NCBI GenBank assembly: GCA_964409615.1
Contig: CAYPDT010000002.1
Location: forward strand, 65,226-129,225
DNA: 64,000 bases
Direction: 5' to 3'
Source of the DNA: an uncultured Candidatus Saccharibacteria bacterium
GTDB taxonomy: Bacteria > Patescibacteriota > Saccharimonadia > Saccharimonadales > AWTP1-31
Shown here: one piece after another, positions 48,926 to 57,900 of the stretch
Position numbering within the stretch: the first letter of the stretch is position 1
Layout: each line of letters opens with the position of its first letter
The notes under the pieces: model-generated
Database searches by the model: none
Seen by the model: only the letters and a program-made list of their open reading frames with translations
What the model was told of the DNA's origin: nothing
Made by a program: the position numbers and the translations under genes

Positions 48926-51745
48926 ATGAGATTAACATTTGCAGAGGCTCAAAGAAACGTAGCCGAAATCGCTAATCGTGAATCTTATACCAAAGATGTA
49001 ATTTTTGAACTACTCGTTGCATACGGTCGATCTACGTCCGCTATAACTAAACTACGCAGTGGCGCGTTAAACCTCGCCGATGATAAAGAGAACGATGTCT
49101 TACAACGAGGCGTTGTCTATTTCAAACATGTGCCAAGTGGTAATTTGCGCTCAGTTATTGACTCACTAGATAAAGACCCACTTGTTGTCCGTTACAACCC
49201 TAGATATTTAATCGCAACCGATTACGACCAACTTGTGGCCAAAGATATCAAGAAGGACACAACACTTGATATAAAACTGCGAGATATTGATGGCAATGTA
49301 GACTTCTTCTACGGATGGACAGGCGATGAAGTAACAAGTGAAAAGACCGAAGCCGTAGCTGATCGCCGTGCTGCCGATAAGATGAAGGATCTGTATGCGG
49401 AGATTGAGCGAGTAAACATAGGTAAACTGGCCGATCCAAAAAGCACCTTTCGCCACGACTTAAATGTGTTTTTCTCACGACTCTTATTTTGTTTCTTTGC
49501 AGAAGACACCAAAGTTTTTAGTAAGACAGAATCATCAATATTCACAAGTTCAATTAAAGATTACACCCAAACTGATGGGAGTGATCTCGATGAATTTCTT
49601 CGAACCCTATTTGATTCACTTGATACAGAAGACAAGTCTGCGTTCACAAGCCCTTATTCGAAATTCCCATACGTCAACGGAACAATTTTTGATACCAAGA
49701 AACACAATATTGCTATTCCAAAATTTAATGCACAGGCTCGCAAGCTAATTCTTGATTGTGGCAACCAAAACTGGGCATTAATTAATCCCGATATTTTCGG
49801 CTCGATGTTCCAAAGCATTGTTGACGAAGACCACCGTGCAAATCACGGCATGCACTACACAAGTGTACCCAACATTATGCGCACCATTGAACCTCTATTT
49901 ATTGATGAATTACGTGAAGAATTTGACGCCAACTATGATAACCCAAAGAAGCTTGAAAGACTTTGGGACAGAATTAGCAAAATTAAAGTTTTTGACCCAG
50001 CCTGTGGTTCAGGTAACTTCTTGATTATTGCCTACAAAGAACTTCGAAAGATAGAACACGGAATTATCGACAGACTGTTTAGCGACGATTACAAACGAGC
50101 AATGCTTAGTGGCAGACTAGAATCTCGCATAAAACTTGATAATTTTTACGGGATTGAGATTGATGACTTTGCGCATGAGATTGCAATTCTTTCGCTGTAT
50201 CTCGCCAAGCACCAAATGAACATTGAGTTTGAAGAGCACTTTGGTAAAGAAATTATTCTCATTCCACTTAAAGACAACGCAAAGATTGTAGAGGCTAATT
50301 CTATGCAAATCGATTGGAATGAAGTTTGTCCAAATGTTCAGCAAATCGTTGATAAGCAAAAACCGGATCAACAATACCTGATTGAACTAGAACGAGAACA
50401 TGAGCAAGAATCCCTCATTAGCGATGAAGACTTAAAGCAAAAGTATTGGGATGAAATATACCTTATCGGTAACCCTCCTTACTTGGGCTCTAGTATGCAA
50501 GACGCAGATCAAAAACGAGATATGGCACACGTGTTCAAAGATTTTCGAAACTATAAAAATCTTGATTTGATCGCTGCATGGTTCAAATTGGGAGCTGATT
50601 ATATTAAAGGTACTAAAGCACAGTTAGCTTTCGTATCGACTAAGTCAATATGCCAAGGCGAGCAAGTTGAATTAATTTGGCCATACCTATTAGATGGTAA
50701 TAAAATCGGCTTTGTTCATAAGCCATTTAAATGGACAAACAATGCGGTTGGGTCTGCGGCTGTGGTTTGCATAATACTTAGTCTGCAAAATGACATAAGT
50801 AAGAAAAAAAGCTATATCTTTGATCACAATATACGTCAAGAAGTTTATAATATAAGTCCATATTTGATTGAGTCAGATAATGTGATAATCAGATCGCGTA
50901 GACAGCAGATATCAAACCTCTCATCGATGGTATATGGAAATAAACCCGTGGATGGTGGGCACTTGTTCTTGTCTGAATCAGAAAGAAGTGAGCTTAATAA
51001 TAGATTTCCCGAAGCTACACAATTCATAAAAAAAGTAATTGGTGGTAAAGAGTTCTTACACGGAATCGATCGATGGTGTCTGTGGTTACCGAGTAAAATT
51101 GATTACGAAAAAGTTTCGCATATACCACTAGTTGCCGATAAAGTTGAAAAAGTCAAAGAGTTCAGGGAGTCCAGTAAAGACATTGGTGCACAGAAGTTAG
51201 CACTATCACCCTACAGATTTAGGGATATGAATAATCCGCAAACATTCATTGTCGTTCCCAGAACTACATCCGAGAATAGAGACTATATTCCGTTTGCATT
51301 TTACACTAGTGACACAATTGCAATTGATAGCTGTCAGACAATTCCAAACGCAGGATTGTCTGATTTTGCGCTAATTACTTCAAAGATGCATGTCGCATGG
51401 GTGAGGAGCGTAGCGGGCTACTTAGGTACGAGCTTCAGGTATTCATCTGCGATCGTATACAACAATTATCCAGTACCATTTATTTCAGATATTCAGAAGA
51501 AAACACTATCTGAATTGGCTCGTAACATTTTACTAGTGCGTGAAAATCACAGTGAAAAGACACTTGCCGAAATGTATGACCCAACTAAGATGCCTGAAGA
51601 TTTACGGCAAGCACATCATGAACTTGATATTGCAGTAGACAGACTTTATCGGCCGAAACCATACAACAATGACGAGGAGCGCCTCGCTGATTTGTTTTCG
51701 CTATACGAACAAATGACCAAAGCTGAAAAGGAGAAAACAAAATGA
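48926..51745 (+). CDS. MmeI-family (type IIL / PglX-like) N6-adenine DNA methyltransferase
   Basis: 939 aa. SAM motif VFDPACGSGNFLI and catalytic NPPY (IGNPPYLGS, nt 50471-50482). MmeI-type helical spacer block DIFGSMFQS...HYTS. Long C-terminal TRD-like region. Confidence 0.85.
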   Translation: MRLTFAEAQRNVAEIANRESYTKDVIFELLVAYGRSTSAITKLRSGALNLADDKENDVLQRGVVYFKHVPSGNLRSVIDSLDKDPLVVRYNPRYLIATDYDQLVAKDIKKDTTLDIKLRDIDGNVDFFYGWTGDEVTSEKTEAVADRRAADKMKDLYAEIERVNIGKLADPKSTFRHDLNVFFSRLLFCFFAEDTKVFSKTESSIFTSSIKDYTQTDGSDLDEFLRTLFDSLDTEDKSAFTSPYSKFPYVNGTIFDTKKHNIAIPKFNAQARKLILDCGNQNWALINPDIFGSMFQSIVDEDHRANHGMHYTSVPNIMRTIEPLFIDELREEFDANYDNPKKLERLWDRISKIKVFDPACGSGNFLIIAYKELRKIEHGIIDRLFSDDYKRAMLSGRLESRIKLDNFYGIEIDDFAHEIAILSLYLAKHQMNIEFEEHFGKEIILIPLKDNAKIVEANSMQIDWNEVCPNVQQIVDKQKPDQQYLIELEREHEQESLISDEDLKQKYWDEIYLIGNPPYLGSSMQDADQKRDMAHVFKDFRNYKNLDLIAAWFKLGADYIKGTKAQLAFVSTKSICQGEQVELIWPYLLDGNKIGFVHKPFKWTNNAVGSAAVVCIILSLQNDISKKKSYIFDHNIRQEVYNISPYLIESDNVIIRSRRQQISNLSSMVYGNKPVDGGHLFLSESERSELNNRFPEATQFIKKVIGGKEFLHGIDRWCLWLPSKIDYEKVSHIPLVADKVEKVKEFRESSKDIGAQKLALSPYRFRDMNNPQTFIVVPRTTSENRDYIPFAFYTSDTIAIDSCQTIPNAGLSDFALITSKMHVAWVRSVAGYLGTSFRYSSAIVYNNYPVPFISDIQKKTLSELARNILLVRENHSEKTLAEMYDPTKMPEDLRQAHHELDIAVDRLYRPKPYNNDEERLADLFSLYEQMTKAEKEKTK

Positions 51746-53712
51746 ACGAAGACACCATAAACATCATTGATGTGACATATGAGCAGACTGGCGAAAGTAC
51801 AAAGACAGACAGTATGGGAATGCGCGAGATGCAACGCCGTGCATTCGAAAAGCGAAACAGTAACCATCTACTAATCAAAGCACCGCCTGCTTCTGGTAAA
51901 TCTCGTGCACTCATGTATGTAGGTCTCGATAAGCTTATTAACCAAGGCAAGAAAAAAGTCATTGTAGCTGTACCTGAAAAGTCTATCGGTTCTTCATTTG
52001 CAAGCATAAATCTTTCGGATGCTGGCTTCTTTGCAGATTGGGAAGTAGAAGATAGAAACAACCTATGTCTTGGCACTGGTGATGACAAATCGAAAGTTAA
52101 GTCATTTACGAGTTTCATGAAATATGACGACAAAATCCTTGTCTGTACACATGCTACACTTCGTTTTGCATTTGAATCCGAGGATCTCCCTACAGAGCTT
52201 TTCAGCGATACCGTTTTGGCCATTGATGAGTTTCATCATGTTTCAGTCAGCGATGATAGTCGTCTAGGTGAATTACTCCACCGAGTAATGAACGATACAA
52301 ATATCCAAATAATTGCTATGACGGGTTCTTATTTCCGTGGCGATGCTATACCAATTCTTACCCCAGAGGACGAGGCGGAATTCGATAAAGTTACCTATAC
52401 CTATTACGAACAGCTTAATGGCTACACATACCTTAAAACGCTTGGTATTGGCTATCACTTCTATACCGGTAGCTATCTCGACGATGGCGCATTAGAAGCC
52501 GTCCTTGATACAACTAAAAAAACTATCATACATATTCCTAATGTGAACTCTAAGGAGTCTACTCAGGTTGGTAAGCACGAAGAAGTAACACAGATATTTG
52601 ACCTTATTGGTACTTGGATCGAACAGGACAGCACAACTGGAATAGAAATTATCGAAACCACAGATGGTCGTAGACTTAAAGTTGCTAACTTAGTGGACGA
52701 TGATCCATTGCACCGTGCAAAAATTACCAAATATCTCAGTGAAGTTGCTAAGAATGATATTGCTGGCGTAGATATAATCATCGCTCTCGGTATGGCGAAA
52801 GAGGGCTTTGACTGGCCATACTGCGAACAAGCTCTAACTATTGGCTACCGTGCAAGTCTTACAGAGATAGTGCAGATTATTGGCCGATGTACGCGCGACA
52901 GCTACAACAAATCTCATGCTCAATTTACGAATCTCATTGTCCAGCCAAATGGTACTAGTGACGATATTCAAATTTCTGTAAACAATATGCTTAAAGCAAT
53001 TACAGCCTCATTGCTTATGGAACAAGTTCTTGCGCCAAACTTCACGTTCACTCCACGCACTTCACCCGATCAGAAAACGAAGGCTGGTGAAGTGTTTGTG
53101 AAAGGCCTAAAGAACCCGCCATCTGACCGTGTAAAACATATCCTAGCAACCGAACTCGAAGACTTAACTGCGGCAGTACTACAAGATACACAGATCCAAC
53201 GTGCAGCTGCTAACGGCCATACAGGCGACTATATGAAGCATCTGCAATCGAAGATTATTCGTGAAAGACTACCAGGCCTAACAGAAGAGGAAGTAGAAGT
53301 TACACGCCAGTATCTTGCAAGTAACCTAGCTTTTAAAACTGCAAAGATATCTGAAGATGGTGACAAGAAATTCATAACCCTAGCAAATAGTTTTGTTAAT
53401 CTCGATGAACTCAGTATTGATCTTATTGACTCTATCAATCCATTCCAGCATGCATTTGAAGTTATATCTAAAAAAGTTGGAACGGATGTATTCCGTGTTA
53501 TTCAAGATACTATTGCAGGGTCTAGAATTGATATGAGTGACGAAGATGCACTTGCACTTGTACCGCAGATTAAAGCTTTTGTAGTTGCACATAACGGTAA
53601 GTACCCAACTCTGAATTCAAGTGACAAAACCGAGAAGCTGTTGGCTCAAGCACAGGCATATCTAACTGCTCGAAAGGCTGCATGGCTGCGAGAAAAGGAA
53701 CAGCAAAAGTAA
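51742..53712 (+). CDS. SF2 (DEAD/DEAH-like, DEFH) helicase
   Basis: Motif I KAPPASGKSRAL, motif II LAIDEFHH, motif III MTGS, motif VI QIIGRCTRD. Its ATG overlaps the MTase stop (ATGA). Confidence 0.85.
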   Translation: MNEDTINIIDVTYEQTGESTKTDSMGMREMQRRAFEKRNSNHLLIKAPPASGKSRALMYVGLDKLINQGKKKVIVAVPEKSIGSSFASINLSDAGFFADWEVEDRNNLCLGTGDDKSKVKSFTSFMKYDDKILVCTHATLRFAFESEDLPTELFSDTVLAIDEFHHVSVSDDSRLGELLHRVMNDTNIQIIAMTGSYFRGDAIPILTPEDEAEFDKVTYTYYEQLNGYTYLKTLGIGYHFYTGSYLDDGALEAVLDTTKKTIIHIPNVNSKESTQVGKHEEVTQIFDLIGTWIEQDSTTGIEIIETTDGRRLKVANLVDDDPLHRAKITKYLSEVAKNDIAGVDIIIALGMAKEGFDWPYCEQALTIGYRASLTEIVQIIGRCTRDSYNKSHAQFTNLIVQPNGTSDDIQISVNNMLKAITASLLMEQVLAPNFTFTPRTSPDQKTKAGEVFVKGLKNPPSDRVKHILATELEDLTAAVLQDTQIQRAAANGHTGDYMKHLQSKIIRERLPGLTEEEVEVTRQYLASNLAFKTAKISEDGDKKFITLANSFVNLDELSIDLIDSINPFQHAFEVISKKVGTDVFRVIQDTIAGSRIDMSDEDALALVPQIKAFVVAHNGKYPTLNSSDKTEKLLAQAQAYLTARKAAWLREKEQQK

Positions 53713-54884
53713 TGGACTTTTCTGATGAACTCGTAAATTTATTTGAATCTGACGCCGATGGTCTATTTACGGCTCCTCAGAAAGCGAAGCCAGTTACTGC
53801 AGATGATAGACTTACAGCATCATTTAGGCAGATTACGGAGTTTGTCGAAACAAATGACCGCCTACCCGATATAAATGCCACGGACATAAGTGAGGCATCA
53901 CTTGCTGCAAGATTAAATTCAATTAGATCTAATAAAGAAAAGGTTGAAGCACTTAAACCTGTCGATAGTCTTGGCTTACTAGAGGTTCCAGAAGCACCTG
54001 AATCTATAGATGAATTATTCACAGAAGATACTTTTGGACTATTTGAAGGTGTTGGTGACGACATTCTAAAAATGAAACACGTACCAAGTACGGGCACGAA
54101 GGCTTCTCCAGAATATGTCGCTAAGCGCAAACCAGCAGTTGATTTCGAAAGCTTTAAGGATGGGTTTGCAGAGCAACAATCTAAACTCAAAGATGGTGTC
54201 AGCAAACTTGTACGATTCACGAATGTAACCTCACTTCAGCCAAAACGCTACTTTGTGAGTGGAGGTCTTATGTGCTATATCGATGCTATAGGCGAGGCAA
54301 AGATCGTACACGGAAGAGCAAAAGAACGCATCAGAGTAATTTTTGAAAATGGCACTGAGTCAAATATGTTCCTACGCTCACTTGCAAGTCAGCTCTATGA
54401 TGATGGGTATGTCGTGGTCGATAAAGAATACACAGGTGAAATCCAACTTGAAGACACTGACTCAATAGCGGGATATATTTATGTACTTTCATCAAAAAGC
54501 ACTGACGAGAAAATTACTTCAATCAAAGACCTGCATAAAATTGGATTCTCAACTACGACAATTGCCGAAAGAATAAAGGATGCTGAAAAAGATCCTACAT
54601 ACTTAATGTCAGGCGTAGAAGTTGTTGATAGCTACGTACTTACTGGCGACTACAATCCTCAAAAAGTTGAGCACTTCATCCATCGCATTTTTGCCGATGT
54701 AAAAGTTGATTTAAAAATCATAGACAAAGATGGCCGTGAATATACTCCGAGTGAGTGGTATTCCGTTCCACTACTTGCTGTTGAACAAGCAGTAAATATG
54801 CTCCAAAACGGAGACGCAGTTGAATACCATTACGACAAAAATTTGGGAAGTTTTGTTCAAAACGGAGATATTGAAGATGCTTGA
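53712..54884 (+). CDS. T5orf172 (GIY-YIG-like) domain protein
   Basis: C-terminal block GYIYVLSSKS...LHKIGFSTTTIAERIKDAEKDPTYL...EHFIHRIF...EWYSVP matches the T5orf172/MUG113 pattern. The ATG at 53712 shares one nt with the helicase stop. The ORF track alternative is 53682. Confidence 0.72.
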   Translation: MDFSDELVNLFESDADGLFTAPQKAKPVTADDRLTASFRQITEFVETNDRLPDINATDISEASLAARLNSIRSNKEKVEALKPVDSLGLLEVPEAPESIDELFTEDTFGLFEGVGDDILKMKHVPSTGTKASPEYVAKRKPAVDFESFKDGFAEQQSKLKDGVSKLVRFTNVTSLQPKRYFVSGGLMCYIDAIGEAKIVHGRAKERIRVIFENGTESNMFLRSLASQLYDDGYVVVDKEYTGEIQLEDTDSIAGYIYVLSSKSTDEKITSIKDLHKIGFSTTTIAERIKDAEKDPTYLMSGVEVVDSYVLTGDYNPQKVEHFIHRIFADVKVDLKIIDKDGREYTPSEWYSVPLLAVEQAVNMLQNGDAVEYHYDKNLGSFVQNGDIEDA

Positions 54885-54946
54885 GATTAGAGATTTCGTA
54901 AATCCGAAAGGAGTTACGGGGCCTAGAGAGGCTTATCTCTAAAATA

Positions 54947-57900
54947 ATGCAAGAAATAAACTGGGGAAACTTCAATGCCAAGTTCAATGGAAAAGAACAG
55001 TCTACTTTCCAGTGGCTGTGCTATCTTTTATTTTGTCAGGAGTTTGAACAGCCACTTGGGATTGCACGATACGCAAATCATGCTGGCATAGAAACGGATC
55101 CAATAAAAGTTGATGACGATTATATAGGTTGGCAATGTAAGTACTACACCACTCCGCTTAACAAACATAAACAAGATTTTATAGATTCTATTGATACTGC
55201 AAAAAAGAACCATACTGATCTAACAAAGATTATTTTCTACACCAATCAAGACTTCGGGCAAGGTCAAGGATCTTCACCTCAATACAAAACAGATATTGAA
55301 AACCATGCCAAATCTAAAGGTGTCGTCATTGACTGGAGAACAGCTAGCTACTTTGAATCACCGTTTGTAACAAAAGAAAATGCATCAATTACCAAACACT
55401 TTTTTGATCTAGGTAAGAGTGTGTTCGATCTTATAAATGAACTTCGTCAACATTCTGAAAATATTTTAGGCTTAATACAAGCAGATATAAAATTTGGCAA
55501 GAACGATATTAAACTTGATCGTTCTGCAGTAACCGTAGAACTCATAAAGAAAATGGGAGATAAAACTCCCGTAATACTAAGTGGTGACGGTGGTACGGGC
55601 AAGACAGCAATCATTAAAGATCTATATGAACTTTCAATATCTACAACCCCAATCTTCATATTTAAGGCTACGGAATTTAATAACATCAGTAATGTAAATG
55701 AACTGGTAAAGCAATATGGCGACTTTTCTCTCGCTGATTTTATTACTGCATACGAAGACACCGAAGAAAAGTGTATTGTTATTGATTCCGCAGAGAAGTT
55801 ATCAGATTTAAATGACCCTGCAGTGTTTCAAGAATTCGTTAAATTACTCTTAGACAATAAGTGGAAAATTATCTTTACGACAAGACGAAGTTATCTTGAT
55901 GACCTAAAATATCTCTTAGTCAGTCTATATCGTATTACGTTTTCATCGATTGATATTTCGGATGTTGACCTAAATATCATTGAAGAGCTATCGAAAAAAT
56001 ATTCATTCGATCTTCCTGCAGACTCTCGCATGCAATCATTGATATGTAACCCATTTTATTTGAATGAATACTTGCAAAACTACACTGGGGTCGCGGCAGA
56101 CACAACTTTCGCAGACTTTAAGAAAGTACTATGGGACAAGCAGATTGCTAAGACGACATCCCGCAAAGATAACATCCATATTAGAAGGTCAGAATGCTTT
56201 ATTGAATTAGCAAAGAAACGAGCGAATCAAGGAAGTTTCTTTATAAAATCTGACGGGTTAGATCCTTCGGCACTGCAAAAACTTGTAGAGGATGAAATAG
56301 TCGGGTATGACGATGGAGCATTAGGATATTTTATCGCCCATGATATTTATGAAGAGTGGGCGTTAGAAAAAGTTATAGAGGCTTCATTCCTAAAATCTAG
56401 TGAGCCTGACGATTTCTATAAGGACATCGGGGACTCTCTACCAATTCGCCGTGCATTCCGTACATGGTTATCAAGTAAAATCGTTTCAGATAAGCAAGCT
56501 GTTAAAACGTTAATAAGTAAAACAATTGGGAATAATAATGTCGCAAGTCACTGGCAAGACGAAGCAATAATTTCTATTTTGCTGTCTGACAATCCTGAGA
56601 GTTTTTCTGAGCTACTCGAAGCAAACCTCCTACAAGACGATGCTGCCTTATTAGTAAAAACGACATTCTTACTAAGGATCGCATGCAAACAAGTGGATGA
56701 ACACACCCTTAAAATGTTGGGTGTCAAAGCTACATCTCTAAAATCATTATCCACAAAACCAAAAGGTAGTGGCTGGAATTCAATAATTGTTTACATAAAT
56801 AATCACAAGGAAGATCTTGGGCTGAGCCATCTAAATTCAATTCTTCCGCTTATAAAAGATTGGAATAGTAAGAATAAACGTGGTTCTACCACACAGAATG
56901 CGAGCCAAATCGCACTATTCTACTACGAAAAGATAGCCGATGATGGTGGTTTTGGATACGGCTCCAGAGATCTGGAGAAAAACATCATTGAAACTATCTT
57001 AAATGGTGCCACTGAAATTAAAGATGAACTAAGCACTATTGCAGATGATGTTATATCAAAAAAACTTACTCACCATCGTGACAAATATCATGAGCTCATT
57101 GATGCGATGCTATCTTCGTCTTACAGTACTGTTGAGGTAGCCCAAGCAATACCCATTAAAATGCTGCAACTCGCCAATATATTTTGGAGTAAGGACGAAG
57201 AGGAGGAAGATGACGGCTATTCTCCTAGAATTGGCGTTGAAGGATCGTTCGGCATTACAGAGAATCGACAGGCATATTTTCCCGCTAGTTCATATCGGAC
57301 GCCCATTTATATGTTGCTTCGTTTTGCGCCCAAGGAAACTATCGATTTTATCTTAACCTTTACGAATAAGTCAGTTATTACGTACTCAAAATCAGAACTA
57401 AGTGAAAATGAAATTCATGAAGTTGAAGTGTTTATTCAGGACGGGCTTCCAATCAAGCAATATATGAGTAATCGATTATGGGAAATGTACAGAGGGACGC
57501 ACGTTTCAACTGGAGTGCTCGAATCTATGCATATGGCACTCGAAAAGTGGCTATTAGAATATGCAAAAACTGCATCGAAAGAAGAGCTGGAAGCAATGTG
57601 CATATACTTGCTCAAGAACTCAAAATCGGCATCGATCAGTGCGGTCGTGACAAGTGTAGTACTTGCTAATCCTGAAAAACTTTTTAATGTGGCAGTTATA
57701 CTGTTCAAAACAAAAGAGTTTTTCCTATACGACACAGGGAGGCTGCTAAAGGATCGATCACGTAAAAGTGATCTACTAATGTTGAGAAATAGTTACCCAT
57801 CTAACGACTACGAAAATGAGTTTCATGAAAACGAACGGATTGAGGCTTGCGACGATTCTCACAGAACTCATAGTTTAGAAAATCAGGCACTATTTTATCA

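Noticed and set aside
51585-52223. 212-aa minus-strand ORF spanning the methyltransferase/helicase junction. Similar long antisense ORFs occur at 19789-20376 (195 aa), 53777-54220 (147 aa), 27412-27756 (114 aa) and 28094-28414 (106 aa).
   Set aside because: All lie entirely antisense to ORFs with strong family motifs. They have Ser/Cys/Leu-rich shadow-frame composition and no start context.
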